Source: an uncultured Planctomycetales bacterium
Lineage (GTDB): Bacteria > Omnitrophota > Gorgyraeia > Zapsychrales > JAHFFX01
Assembly (NCBI GenBank): GCA_964612665.1
Contig: CAZTCI010000006.1
Location: 141,750-205,749, forward strand
DNA length: 64,000 nt
Direction: 5' to 3'
A program made the position numbers and the translations under genes. The stretch's first letter is position 1. The number at the start of each line of letters is the position of its first letter. Below, piece after piece: positions 17,824-28,239 of the stretch. The notes below the pieces were generated by a model, which saw only the letters and a program-made list of their open reading frames with translations, was not told the origin of the DNA and made no database searches.

Positions 17824-19737
17824 ATGAAAGCTCCTCGCTTTTTCTCCCGATTCCTTTTCGAAGAAAACATTGCCCTCACGCTTATTAGTGCATTCTTTTT
17901 GCTGTGTATTTTAAATTCGTCAGCTGTGGCGGCTGATTTTTATGTGGCCACCGACGGAAATGATAGTAATGCTGGGACGCAAACGGCACCTTTTAGGACT
18001 ATTGCCAAGGGGTTAGCCGCTGCTTCAGCAGGAGACTCTGTCATTGTTAAAGATGGTACCTATGGGCCAGAGGGAAATTATACGTGCGGCACTGTGTGTA
18101 GCCAGCAAACAGACTATACCACACCTGTTTCGATTTTAAAATCTGGAACAGCGTCCGCGCCAATTACTATTAAAGCTGAGCACAAGTGGGGAGCGGTCCT
18201 GGATTGCGGTCTCCCAGACGGATATGCTGGTGATGGAACGGATGGCGTGCAAGCCTGCGATTCTAATTTTATCCTCGATGGCGATGCCTCCTATATTACG
18301 ATTCAAGATTTTGATATAACCCGAGCTTATTGGGACGGTATCCATATTAATGGCACCGGTAACCACGACATTGTTATTAAAGGTAATCATATCCATCATA
18401 TTGGTAACCGACATTATATTGTTCCATCTGGGGCTGACGTTTTTGGTATAGATGGCGTATTTGCCGGAACAAGAACAAGCAATATTACGTTTGATGGCAA
18501 TGTTTTTAACAATATCGGCCGTCTGCCAACATCAGGTCAAAGCACGACCGATTATAATCACGATCACGGCATCTACATCTATAATGGCCCCTACAGCATC
18601 ACAAATAATATTTTTTACAACAATAAAGCAGGGTGGGGCATTCAAATATCACCGGGCACCCACGACACATATATTTACAATAATACGTTTTTCGGGGCGA
18701 ACCCGAACCGCGATGGTCAAATTACGCTTTGGGCAGATAGTAGCCATCCGCACACTAATATAAAAATAGCAAATAATATCTTTTATAATCCTCGTAACTT
18801 CGCAATCACCAGTTATCAGGACACAGAAAATGACAGCCTGATTACTAACAATATCGTCTGTTGCTCCGGAGTTGATGTCGTGAACACAGGTAGTATAGGC
18901 GGTAGTCTAACTGTTACGGATAATAAAACAAATACCGACCCCAGTTTTGTTAATGTAACTGCATATGACTTCCATTTAAATTCTTCCAGTCTTGCGAAAG
19001 GTGTTGGCATTGCCACTTCACCTGAAGTCCCAACTGATCTGGATGGAAATCTTCGCTCTTTACCTCTTGATCTTGGTGCTTATGAGGTGAAAGATACCAC
19101 TCAACCCGTTACGCCGTCGCCGAGTACCACTCTTGCTGATACAACACCTCCTACCGTTTTAATTACAGTACCGGCGAGCGACACCCAGGTTTCTGGAACG
19201 ATTACAATTAGTGCCACCGCTTCTGATGATATTCGAGTCGCGGGTGTTCAGTTTAAGGTCGATGACAAACCCGTTGGTGTTGAGCTGACAGCGGAACCAT
19301 ACAATTTTAGTCTCGACACCAAGACCTTAACTAATGCGACTCATGTAGTCACGGCCGTAGCGCGTGATACATCGAATAACATTTCGGTGTCAGCTCCTGT
19401 GAATATAAGAGTACAAAATGTAACACCTATCGTAATTTTAGATAATGTTCCGCCGACAATTTCCAATGTTCAAGTCTCAAATATCACTCCTTATTCTGCC
19501 ATAATTAGCTGGATCACCAATGAATTGTCTAATTCAGCGGCAGCCTATGGAACTATCGCCACGGATAAATCAGTTGTTAATGGACTTTTGGTTACGGTTC
19601 ACTCGGTTAGTTTAACAAACTTAAAACCAAAGACAGTGTATTCTTTCCAAGTAAGCTCCCGGGATGCTAGTCAAAATACGACTACTTCTGCGGTCATGAC
19701 TTTTCAGACACGGAGATCATACTACCGTTATCGATAG
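17824..19737 (+). CDS. Secreted right-handed parallel beta-helix (pectate-lyase fold) protein with C-terminal Ig-like (Big) and fibronectin-III domains
   Basis: Signal peptide, FYVATDGNDSNAGTQTAPFRTIAKGLAAASAGDSVIVKDGTY beta-helix cap, repeated NN(I/V)F(Y/F)NN coils, Big-like segment TPPTVLITVPASDTQVSGTITISATASDDIRVAGVQFKVDD, and an FN3-like end. Confidence 0.7.
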   Translation: MKAPRFFSRFLFEENIALTLISAFFLLCILNSSAVAADFYVATDGNDSNAGTQTAPFRTIAKGLAAASAGDSVIVKDGTYGPEGNYTCGTVCSQQTDYTTPVSILKSGTASAPITIKAEHKWGAVLDCGLPDGYAGDGTDGVQACDSNFILDGDASYITIQDFDITRAYWDGIHINGTGNHDIVIKGNHIHHIGNRHYIVPSGADVFGIDGVFAGTRTSNITFDGNVFNNIGRLPTSGQSTTDYNHDHGIYIYNGPYSITNNIFYNNKAGWGIQISPGTHDTYIYNNTFFGANPNRDGQITLWADSSHPHTNIKIANNIFYNPRNFAITSYQDTENDSLITNNIVCCSGVDVVNTGSIGGSLTVTDNKTNTDPSFVNVTAYDFHLNSSSLAKGVGIATSPEVPTDLDGNLRSLPLDLGAYEVKDTTQPVTPSPSTTLADTTPPTVLITVPASDTQVSGTITISATASDDIRVAGVQFKVDDKPVGVELTAEPYNFSLDTKTLTNATHVVTAVARDTSNNISVSAPVNIRVQNVTPIVILDNVPPTISNVQVSNITPYSAIISWITNELSNSAAAYGTIATDKSVVNGLLVTVHSVSLTNLKPKTVYSFQVSSRDASQNTTTSAVMTFQTRRSYYRYR

Positions 19738-19771
19738 TAATACGTTTATATACATAATACCAGTTTGTTTA

Positions 19772-19807
19772 GCCGCCGCGAATCCCAATCTCGCGGCGGT
19801 TTTTTTA
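19772..19807 (+). terminator. Rho-independent terminator
   Basis: gccgccgcga / tcgcggcgg 9-bp GC stem with a 9-nt loop, followed by TTTTTTT. Confidence 0.65.
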
Positions 19808-19989
19808 GTATCATTTTTTTAAAGAGAATTTTTCTGCACGGCTTTTCAATTTATCAGTGAGAAAAATACCTTTCTAATAAAAATTTTTTGAGGGCATAGC
19901 CTTAATTTTTTTGCTTTCGATAAAATAATATGTTAAAATTCTCGAGTCTTTGGATGGCAAGGGAAAGTGACTAAGCAAGGGAAAACTGT

Positions 19990-20289
19990 ATGGTCAAAAG
20001 AATTCTAATACTAACCTTGATCCTTTTAACGCTACTTTACACGAGAATTTTCGCCGCGGTTAAAGTTAACCCGCTGGATGTAGCTTCAAAGGATAAAGTC
20101 TCTGGAAATAAACAAAAAAATGATGATTCAAAAGAAACACGGGGTGAGGTTTCCACAACTACATCCCCTAAAAATGCCGAAAATTCGGCTACCCCATATA
20201 TCCCTCCATCCATACCTGATCCAACTGACGTTGAGAAAGAGATCTTAGATGATGAAGCTGTGCAAGACATCAGTCCTATTGGTCGGTAG
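19990..20289 (+). CDS. Small secreted low-complexity protein
   Basis: Signal peptide MVKRILILTLILLTLLYTRIFA; the remainder is Ser/Thr/Pro/Asp-rich. Confidence 0.4.
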   Translation: MVKRILILTLILLTLLYTRIFAAVKVNPLDVASKDKVSGNKQKNDDSKETRGEVSTTTSPKNAENSATPYIPPSIPDPTDVEKEILDDEAVQDISPIGR

Positions 20290-20314
20290 CGTTAATCGTT
20301 AATCCCATAAAAAT

Positions 20315-21544
20315 TTGGACATACTTATGAAGAAATCAACAACAGCTTTGGCTTTTTTAACGCTATTATTTTTCACCCGCAACGCCTTTTCAGATATATC
20401 AATCAGAGAAGAGAGTCTCGAACTCCGCCAGCGCGAATTCCAAGATATTAAAGGAATCCGGATTGGAGACTCCGCCCGCCTAAAAGCAATGCTCTCCGAA
20501 GAAGGACAATATGAGAGCAACATCTTCTTAACTTCAAACAATAAAAAGCACGATTATATCAGTATCACTAGCCCCAAATTTCTTCTCGATGTGCCCATGG
20601 GAACCGAAGCCCGTCATCTTTTTCAGTTAATGTATGCGGCTGATATCGGTTCTTTCGCCAATTTTAAAAGCCAGAATTATGTCAACCAGAATGTCCTTGC
20701 CAGCGCTAACGGGGAACTTCCTTTTGGATATTTTGATATTCAAGACGATTTCAAAGATACCGTGGACCGTTCGTTCACCGAATTTACCGAACGGGTTCGC
20801 AGGGATGAGAACTTTGCCCAAGCCGTTTTAGGCGTGGAAGCGAACAGACTCACCTACGAAATCGGTTATTCTAACTTCCTCCGCAAATACCTTGATGAAC
20901 AATTTGATGATTTAAGTTATTCTGAGAATTTTTTGTCAGCCACTGTCTTTTATCAGCTTTTCCCCAAAACAAAAACGCTTCTTGAATATGATTACGGGTT
21001 CTTGGATTATCTTAATGATTCAACGCGCGACGGGGATTATAACCAGATCCGCACCGGTTTCAAATATGACTTAACTGGAAAGACAACTGGGATTGTAAAG
21101 TTGGGGTATCAACAGAGAAGTTACGATACACAGGGGCCTTCTGGCTTCAATGGATTTGTTTCCGAGGCCGAGTTGACAACGCATCTTTCAGAGAACACGA
21201 CGATAGATTTGAAACACCTTAATATAGCGGTTGAATCAATTGATGCTAGCAATAATTATTTTCATTTAATTTCCACCATGTTAAATGTGACCCAGAAAAT
21301 CAGGGGTCATTTTAGTATTTTAAGTACTTCCCGGTTCGACCGGCGGAATTATCCAGAGCAGGACGTAAGTTTGGGCAAAAAACGCCGGGATTCGGTTGTG
21401 TCACAAGAGATCAGTTTGCAATACGACATTAAAGAACGTGCTCAAATTAATCTGGGCTACCAATATACGGACGATATGTCAAATATCGACGTGAATGATT
21501 ATAATGATCACCTGATTTCCTTACGTTTTAATTTTTTACTGTAA
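20315..21544 (+). CDS. Outer-membrane beta-barrel protein of the polysaccharide export locus (BBP2/EpsL-like)
   Basis: Signal peptide MKKSTTALAFLTLLFFTRNAFS, alternating hydrophobic beta-strands with frequent Y/F, terminal ISLRFNFLL. Confidence 0.5.
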   Translation: MDILMKKSTTALAFLTLLFFTRNAFSDISIREESLELRQREFQDIKGIRIGDSARLKAMLSEEGQYESNIFLTSNNKKHDYISITSPKFLLDVPMGTEARHLFQLMYAADIGSFANFKSQNYVNQNVLASANGELPFGYFDIQDDFKDTVDRSFTEFTERVRRDENFAQAVLGVEANRLTYEIGYSNFLRKYLDEQFDDLSYSENFLSATVFYQLFPKTKTLLEYDYGFLDYLNDSTRDGDYNQIRTGFKYDLTGKTTGIVKLGYQQRSYDTQGPSGFNGFVSEAELTTHLSENTTIDLKHLNIAVESIDASNNYFHLISTMLNVTQKIRGHFSILSTSRFDRRNYPEQDVSLGKKRRDSVVSQEISLQYDIKERAQINLGYQYTDDMSNIDVNDYNDHLISLRFNFLL

Positions 21545-21550
21545 GCAACT

Positions 21551-22231
21551 TTGGTCCGACAAATGAAAAAAATTCACTATACATTCTTTATATTTCTTTT
21601 TTTCAGCTTTGTGGCCGCTGGCCAAGTGTTCTCCCAGGACAAGACTGCAATGGCACCGCTCCAAGATATTTCGATTCTTACCTCTTCCCATACCACTCCT
21701 AACAAATTAGATTCTTTTGATTCCCATAGTGCCGAATACACCATAGGTCCAGAGAATGTTCTACAAATCGATGTCTATTACGGCAAAGGAGACAAGATAT
21801 CGCAGAAAGTCCGCGTTTCTTCGCAAGGAACAATTGATTTCCCACTCGTTGGACAAGTAGAGGCCGGCGGCCTGACCGTTGCTCGCTTTCAGGAAAAGTT
21901 AAGAAAGTTATTAGAAAAAGACTTTCTCGTCGACCCGCAGGTCACGGTTTTCATAGAAGAATATAGTACTGTGTCAATAATGGGGGAAGTCAAGAAACCC
22001 GGCGTCTATCCGATTAAAGGCCGGTTGACGGTCGTAGAATTGATTTCTCTGGCGGAAGGATTTACAAAAATTGCTGCCCAAAACAAGGTAAAAGTCATTC
22101 ACACGAAGCCCGATGGGCAGAAAGAACAAATGGTGGCGCGTGTTTATGACTTCATGAACAAAAATGACGACCAAGCCAATGTCGTTTTATCTTCCGGTGA
22201 CGTTGTTATTGTCCCGGAAAGTTTATTTTAA
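21551..22231 (+). CDS. Polysaccharide export protein, Wza-like (Poly_export + SLBB domains)
   Basis: YTIGPENVLQIDVYYG...GTIDFPLVGQVEAGGLTVARFQEKL...VSIMGEVKKPGVYPIKGRLTVVELISLAEG. Confidence 0.8.
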   Translation: MVRQMKKIHYTFFIFLFFSFVAAGQVFSQDKTAMAPLQDISILTSSHTTPNKLDSFDSHSAEYTIGPENVLQIDVYYGKGDKISQKVRVSSQGTIDFPLVGQVEAGGLTVARFQEKLRKLLEKDFLVDPQVTVFIEEYSTVSIMGEVKKPGVYPIKGRLTVVELISLAEGFTKIAAQNKVKVIHTKPDGQKEQMVARVYDFMNKNDDQANVVLSSGDVVIVPESLF

Positions 22232-22241
22232 GGAATAAATT

Positions 22242-25200
22242 ATGCCTGATTTACATCCATCTGCACATGATCTTATCGAAATTGATTTTCAGGAAATCCC
22301 TAGAAAATTAGTAAAACACCGCAAAAAGATTATTTCAATTGTGGCCACGTGTGTGGTCTTGGCGGCGATCTTTTCTTTTAAGCAGACGCCAATCTACCGC
22401 GCGACGAGCCGAATCATGGTAGACAGTCAACCACCAAAGATTGTGAAGGTGGAAGAAGTTGTCCTGCCCGATTTTGCCGATCGCCCCAATTTTTTTAATT
22501 CCCAAATCGAAATCCTAAAAAGTCATACTTTGGCTGAGTTGGTTTTTCAAGATCTGGGCGGCTATGAGCCTTTAGATCGACGGGGAAAACCCGCAAACAA
22601 ACTTAAACCCATTACAACAGATGAGCGCATTGAGGCCCTCTTAAAACAAGTTAAGATTGCTCCAGTAAGAATGACGCAAATCATTGCTGTCAGTGTCGAA
22701 GACCCAGATCCGAAATTGGCGGCCAGCATTGCCAATAAATGGAGCCAGGCTTATGTGTTTTTTTCATCAGTTGATCAATTAATTCAACGACGCAGTGAAT
22801 TAGAATCGGATCTTAGTCAGCAATTAAAATTTTTGAAGAAGATGCATCCAGTTATTTTAGGGTTACAGAATCAAATCCAGATACTTAATGAAAAAATTGA
22901 CAACGAACGCAAGCGTTTGAGCAAGCAAGAAAATGTTTCGTATAATTCAATGTCATCCAGCGAAATTACGAACGTCAAAATTTTAGACCGCGCTCAAATT
23001 CCACTTAAACCTGTACGGCCTCAAAAAGCGCTCAATATTCTGTTGGGACTTATTTTTGGCGGATTCTTTGGTTTTGCCCTGGTGTTTTTATTGGAATCGT
23101 TCGATCAAACTTTCAAGACAGCCTCTGAGATCGAAAAGGTTCTCAAGATTTCTTGTCTAGCCTCTATTCCTTTAAAGAATGATAACTTTCCGGCGGAACA
23201 TGTTTCATCGAGGATTCGGGATTCCGGTTTCGCTGAATCGTTCCGGGGTTTAAGAACACGCATTATCTTTAGCGAACCTAACCTTTCGAAAAGGACATTT
23301 GTTGTGACGAGTGCTTCTCCGGGTGAAGGTAAAACTAGTGTGGCGGTCAATCTGGCCACGGTTTTCGCTCAAGCCAATGAACGCGTCTTACTTGTCGATG
23401 CCGACATGCGAAATCCAAGGGTGCATAAAGTTTTTAAAATGAAACGGTCAAAAGGAATCGCCGACATTCTGGCGAATCATAAAGAAGATATAGAATCGTT
23501 CATTCATGAAACTGATATCCCAGGATTAGAAATTTTAACCTGCGGAGAAGTGCTGTCGAATCCTTCTGAACTCCTTAGTTCGAAAAGGCTGAAAGATTTC
23601 ATAAACATATTATTGACAAGATATGACCGCATCATTTTCGATACACCACCGGTATTGGCAGCCACTGACGCGGTCGTTCTCGCGACCCGGGTAGACACAA
23701 CAATTTTAGTGATCAGCTCGGACATTACAACCCGTCAAGCGGCTATACGCTCTAAAGAGGCACTAACCTCTGTGCATGCGCCGATTTTAGGCGCTGTTTT
23801 TAATATGGTGAAGATGGATATGCACGGATACGATGCTTACAATTATTTTTATGAAGCTAATCTTCAAAAACAGACGGAGAAGAAACGGTTTACAGTTATT
23901 AAGGAAGGGACGTCTTTTATTCTTTTTCTGGCCGCTATGATGGCCGCCCCCTTGATGTACGGTTCTGTACATATGACTTCTCAACTAATCGTATCGCTTC
24001 TGGCTTTGCTGAGTTTTTATTTTATCCTCATGGCCAGGCCAAAGGCATTAAAGTCCGTGATGAATTCTTTTTTAACAATGTTAGGAATAGGTTTATTTAC
24101 TTTTGCGCTTTGTCAATTGATACCAATTCCATTAAATATAATTAAATTTCTCTCGCCGGCAGCCCATGATATTTACAATCGGTATTTGCCGGGAGGAGTT
24201 CAATCTAAACAATTAGTAACATTCTCTCTTTATCCTTCAGACACGTTGCGTGGCATTCTTCAATTTGTGCTTTACGCGTTGGTCTATATCATCACAAGAT
24301 TGTTTCTTTGGACAGATGAGAAAGATTTTCCATCAGTTCGTACCAAAATTCTCGAGCAAGCAAGATATTTAAAACTAAGCTGTTTGATCGGCGTTTTGTC
24401 GCTTCTTTTTCACAGCCTTTATGATTTCAACCTTCACATTCCTGCTAACGGAATGTTTTTTATGTTTCTGTTGGCCATTGCAACCGGAGGTCCAACGGAA
24501 AATTATGACCATGTCTTTTTCCGGCGGGCTGTGCATTTTATTGTCTTTTTTGGTTTTTCAATGGCTGTATTTGCCATTGTGCAGAGTTGGCTGTTTAACG
24601 GACACATATTTTGGGTCGGCATGCCGGCGCCCCACCCGGTAGGATCGTATTACAATTATGATCACTTCGCCGGTTTCATGGAACTGTGCAGCGCGGTCGC
24701 CGTTGGCATGTTCTTTGCGTCTTTTCTCTATATATCGTTTCCATCGAAGCGGAATAAAAATAAGATAAGTTGGCGGAACGCTCGGGAGCTTTATGTTTTT
24801 CTCGGATATTTATTAATGGCTTCCGTCATGATTTCGACGATTTTTCTCTCCACATCCCGCGGCGGCATCATGAGTTTTCTTTTAAGTCAGATTATTTTTC
24901 TTTTTTTGATATTTATAGCGGAAGGGGAAGCCAGTCGAAGGGCAAAGACCATAACGGCTATTGCAACGGTCATAGCGTTGAGCGCAGTGATTGTGGTTTG
25001 GCTGGGGCCCCAGGCCTTTTTGGAACGGTTTCATCTTTTATCTATACAAAACATTGTAAAAATGGAAGGACCTATTAATCCACGGTTAGCTTTTTATCAT
25101 GATACTCTGCGGGTTATTAAGGATTTTCCGATTTTTGGAAGCGGGTTGAACACTTTTGCCACGAACTTCACGCATTACCGTACATTTGATTACACGCCTA

Positions 25201-25334
25201 ATTTTTTGCGCTATACCCATAATGATTATCTTCAACTTGTTTCCGAAACCGGATTGGCAGGCATGATTTTTCTTTTTGCCTTTTTATTTTACTTCGTTTC
25301 ATGCACTCGCCGAGTGGTTAGAGAAATAAAATGA
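22242..25334 (+). CDS. Fusion protein: Wzz/GumC-type chain-length determinant + BY-kinase (Wzc-like, with C-terminal Tyr cluster) fused to a Wzy/O-antigen-ligase-like polytopic membrane domain
   Basis: Single uninterrupted 1030-codon ORF. Residues 1-540 have the Wzz TM helix, coiled region, second TM helix, Walker A SPGEGKTS, A' VDADMRNP, B IIFDTPPV and a Tyr cluster YDAYNYFYE. Residues about 560-1030 have about 10 TM helices and Wzy_C motifs TSRGG and HNDYLQLVSETGLAGM. Confidence 0.8.
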   Translation: MPDLHPSAHDLIEIDFQEIPRKLVKHRKKIISIVATCVVLAAIFSFKQTPIYRATSRIMVDSQPPKIVKVEEVVLPDFADRPNFFNSQIEILKSHTLAELVFQDLGGYEPLDRRGKPANKLKPITTDERIEALLKQVKIAPVRMTQIIAVSVEDPDPKLAASIANKWSQAYVFFSSVDQLIQRRSELESDLSQQLKFLKKMHPVILGLQNQIQILNEKIDNERKRLSKQENVSYNSMSSSEITNVKILDRAQIPLKPVRPQKALNILLGLIFGGFFGFALVFLLESFDQTFKTASEIEKVLKISCLASIPLKNDNFPAEHVSSRIRDSGFAESFRGLRTRIIFSEPNLSKRTFVVTSASPGEGKTSVAVNLATVFAQANERVLLVDADMRNPRVHKVFKMKRSKGIADILANHKEDIESFIHETDIPGLEILTCGEVLSNPSELLSSKRLKDFINILLTRYDRIIFDTPPVLAATDAVVLATRVDTTILVISSDITTRQAAIRSKEALTSVHAPILGAVFNMVKMDMHGYDAYNYFYEANLQKQTEKKRFTVIKEGTSFILFLAAMMAAPLMYGSVHMTSQLIVSLLALLSFYFILMARPKALKSVMNSFLTMLGIGLFTFALCQLIPIPLNIIKFLSPAAHDIYNRYLPGGVQSKQLVTFSLYPSDTLRGILQFVLYALVYIITRLFLWTDEKDFPSVRTKILEQARYLKLSCLIGVLSLLFHSLYDFNLHIPANGMFFMFLLAIATGGPTENYDHVFFRRAVHFIVFFGFSMAVFAIVQSWLFNGHIFWVGMPAPHPVGSYYNYDHFAGFMELCSAVAVGMFFASFLYISFPSKRNKNKISWRNARELYVFLGYLLMASVMISTIFLSTSRGGIMSFLLSQIIFLFLIFIAEGEASRRAKTITAIATVIALSAVIVVWLGPQAFLERFHLLSIQNIVKMEGPINPRLAFYHDTLRVIKDFPIFGSGLNTFATNFTHYRTFDYTPNFLRYTHNDYLQLVSETGLAGMIFLFAFLFYFVSCTRRVVREIK

Positions 25335-25735
25335 AGACAATGGTTGTACTTGTCAGTCTTATTTATTTTTTTGTTTTAATTTGTGTCGGCGCAGCAGAAA
25401 TAATTTCCAAACGAGCGGTAGCATCTCACGATATCCATCTTCTTAACGTCGCCCAACGGTTATACCCTTTTGTATCGGATTATTTTTATGCCGAATACCG
25501 TCTTAATGGCAATCTCAGCGCCCTAGTTCATGCGATGTCCCTTGAGCCTACGAAGCCGGCGTATCATATGTATTATGGACTGGCCCTTTTAAAACGTTTG
25601 CCGAGAAGACAAGCAACCGACCAAGAGGCCGTTACCGAAATTTGTAAGGCTGCTCAGTTGAAACCTTATAGCCAAGTTTATCGTTCAGCTTGCGAACAGT
25701 ATCGCGCCGCGATTCCGATTTCAACAGTTTTCTAA
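25331..25735 (+). CDS. Hypothetical secreted/membrane-anchored protein
   Basis: N-terminal hydrophobic helix MKTMVVLVSLIYFFVLICVGAA; no recognisable domain. Confidence 0.4.
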   Translation: MKTMVVLVSLIYFFVLICVGAAEIISKRAVASHDIHLLNVAQRLYPFVSDYFYAEYRLNGNLSALVHAMSLEPTKPAYHMYYGLALLKRLPRRQATDQEAVTEICKAAQLKPYSQVYRSACEQYRAAIPISTVF

Positions 25736-25746
25736 TTGAGAATATT

Positions 25747-27087
25747 ATGCCAATTAAGAGACTTAAGAAAATTCAGGAAAAATTTATTCCAAAAGGTTCT
25801 TTTAAAGCCAACGTGCTGATTTTGATGATAGGAACAGCTGTATCGCAAGTGATGTTGATTGCAATATCACCGATTTTGTCCCGTATCTTTTCTCCAGAGG
25901 ATTTTGGTATTTATGGTGTTTATGCCGGGATTATCGCGATTGTCTCGTCGGTAGTTGCTTTAAATTATGAGTTGGCCATCCTTCTGCCGAAACATGATGA
26001 AGAGGCGATCAATTTAGTGGCCTTATCGGTTATCGCCTGTCTTGGCATGGCTGTTCTGAGCGGATTAATTGTGTGGGTTGTTCCTTTTAAATTTATTTAT
26101 CCTGAAAATCCAAAAGCAATTTCATCATGGATATGGATACTACCTGTATCCGTGATCACCTTAGGTATATTGGCGATATTAGAGGCATGGTGCACGAGGA
26201 AAAAACTTTTCCAACAATCGAGTTGGGCAAAAATTCTGCGCTCATTCGTCACGGGTGGTTATCAGATTTTTTCCGGTTATAAAGACGGCGGATCTTTAGG
26301 GCTGATTTTTGGAGCGGTTTTGGGAACCATTGTTGCCTCCGTCGGAGTTGTTGTATTGGTGATGCAGCAGAATTTTAAGACTTATCTGCAGTCGCTTCGA
26401 TGGAAAAAGATCCGTTCTCTAGCAAAAAGATATATTGATTTCCCGGTTTATTCATCTTCACAGAATCTGTTAAACGCGGTGTCGATCAGCGCTCCAGCGT
26501 TTTTCTTGACCTATTTTTATGGAGTCAAGATCGCCGGGTTTTATCTTTTGGGTATCAAATTGATACAGGTTCCGGCTGATTTAGTGTCGCGTTCTTTTCG
26601 GCAAGTGTTTTATCAAAAAGCGGCCGAGGTCCATAATGAGCAAGGAGACCTTTATCAAATTTTTAAAAGATCAACGATCCATTTGTTAATGATTGCGATT
26701 GTGCCGTCGCTCATCATATTCTTTTTTGCACCGATGATATTCAAAATTTTCTTGGGGCAAAATTGGGAGACGGCCGGCGAGTATTCCAGGTGGCTCGTCG
26801 TTTGGATCTACGTTAATTTTGCCAATGTTCCAGCCATTTGCTGTTACCGGATTCTTAATCTTCAATCGCGTTTGTTTCAAATTTATTTCTTCTATCTTAT
26901 TTTCAGGGTTTCAGCTTTATTGCTGGGCGGGTTTTTCTTTTCAGCTCAAACTTCAATTGTTTTATTCTCTGCGGTTGGATTATTTTTTAACATCTTTATC
27001 ATTCTTTATATTTGGAAACATTTGGATAAGACCATCGTAAAAGATCTACATGCTACAAACAAATTGGCATTAGCTAATCTTGAATGA
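25747..27087 (+). CDS. Polysaccharide flippase, Wzx-like (MOP/oligosaccharide flippase family)
   Basis: About 12 predicted TM helices; N-terminus ANVLILMIGTAVSQVMLIAISPILSRIFSPEDFGIYGV typical of Wzx/RfbX. Confidence 0.75.
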   Translation: MPIKRLKKIQEKFIPKGSFKANVLILMIGTAVSQVMLIAISPILSRIFSPEDFGIYGVYAGIIAIVSSVVALNYELAILLPKHDEEAINLVALSVIACLGMAVLSGLIVWVVPFKFIYPENPKAISSWIWILPVSVITLGILAILEAWCTRKKLFQQSSWAKILRSFVTGGYQIFSGYKDGGSLGLIFGAVLGTIVASVGVVVLVMQQNFKTYLQSLRWKKIRSLAKRYIDFPVYSSSQNLLNAVSISAPAFFLTYFYGVKIAGFYLLGIKLIQVPADLVSRSFRQVFYQKAAEVHNEQGDLYQIFKRSTIHLLMIAIVPSLIIFFFAPMIFKIFLGQNWETAGEYSRWLVVWIYVNFANVPAICCYRILNLQSRLFQIYFFYLIFRVSALLLGGFFFSAQTSIVLFSAVGLFFNIFIILYIWKHLDKTIVKDLHATNKLALANLE

Positions 27088-27093
27088 AGGAAT

Positions 27094-28239
27094 TTGATGA
27101 AACGATTCTTCTGGGACAGCATATTTTTTCTTTTAATTATCACTTCATTTACGTTGAGTGCGATTAAAGGTTTCTCCAGCCTTTCAATCGTTTTTACGAT
27201 TCTTTTTTTGTTTGGAATGTTTGAGGGCAGAAAATTAATTTTTTATAGAGGTTTGATTTGGCCGACGATATTCTTAGTTTTTAATGCTTTATCTTTGTTA
27301 TGGGGCGGCGATTTGGAGGAAGTAAGCAAGGTCAGTTCAGCTGTCTTATTCGGGGTAGCTATCTTTATGGGATTAAAAACCGGAAAGAGGGTTCCGGTTT
27401 TAGTGGCGGCGTTGACGGTAAGCGCCATTGCCAATATTGTTCTTTCTTATGGGAACATGGCTGACTTTCAAGTGGATGAAGAAAGCCGGGTTTCGGGTTT
27501 ATTCGGCAATGCCAATGACGTGGCGGTTTTCTTATCCTTAGCGGCGTTTACTATTTATTTTTTGAGCAGCAAAAGAACATTGTTGATTAAGCTGATGACA
27601 TTTTCCATTTTGGCCTTTGTCTTTTTTTATACGGGCAGCCGGCAAGGATTATTTTTAGTTGTGTTTATCCTCGGAGCCATTTTCATTAATTATTACCGTG
27701 GGTTAAACACGGTGACTAAATTTTGGTTTTTACCGGTTTTTTTAGCTGTTCTATTGTGTTCGATGACTCTTTTACAGGTCGTTCAGAATTATTCAGAAGA
27801 TGTTATTGTCCTCAAGAGACTCGACACATTTTTAAGCGGTACTGAAAAAGGATCGGCCCAGACCCGTTCATTTATGATCGAGAAGGGGTTAACGCTGTGG
27901 CACGAAAAACCAATTTTAGGATGGGGCGCGGGAGGGTTCGCTCACAATAGTTATTTTGGTGTGTATTCGCATAATACGTATGTTGAACTATTAGTTAATT
28001 ATGGATTAGTCGGGTTTTGCCTTTATTTTGCTTTTTCGATTTACTTATTCATTAAGGGATGGGAAACGAGGCCAAATTCTTTTGCAAGCATCGGAATCCC
28101 TATTATTCTAATGCTTCTTGTTGTCGGCATGTGGGCGGTGATGTTTCGATCCAAGACGGGTTGGTTGTTTTTAGGAATAGCGGCGTATTGTGTGTCTTTG
28201 CGTGACAGTATGGTCACTGAAGCAAGGAGAATCGAGTGA
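27094..28239 (+). CDS. O-antigen polymerase/ligase family membrane protein (Wzy_C domain)
   Basis: Polytopic; YTGSRQG and AHNSYFGVYSHNTYVELLVNYGLVGF match the Wzy_C signature. Confidence 0.7.
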   Translation: MMKRFFWDSIFFLLIITSFTLSAIKGFSSLSIVFTILFLFGMFEGRKLIFYRGLIWPTIFLVFNALSLLWGGDLEEVSKVSSAVLFGVAIFMGLKTGKRVPVLVAALTVSAIANIVLSYGNMADFQVDEESRVSGLFGNANDVAVFLSLAAFTIYFLSSKRTLLIKLMTFSILAFVFFYTGSRQGLFLVVFILGAIFINYYRGLNTVTKFWFLPVFLAVLLCSMTLLQVVQNYSEDVIVLKRLDTFLSGTEKGSAQTRSFMIEKGLTLWHEKPILGWGAGGFAHNSYFGVYSHNTYVELLVNYGLVGFCLYFAFSIYLFIKGWETRPNSFASIGIPIILMLLVVGMWAVMFRSKTGWLFLGIAAYCVSLRDSMVTEARRIE

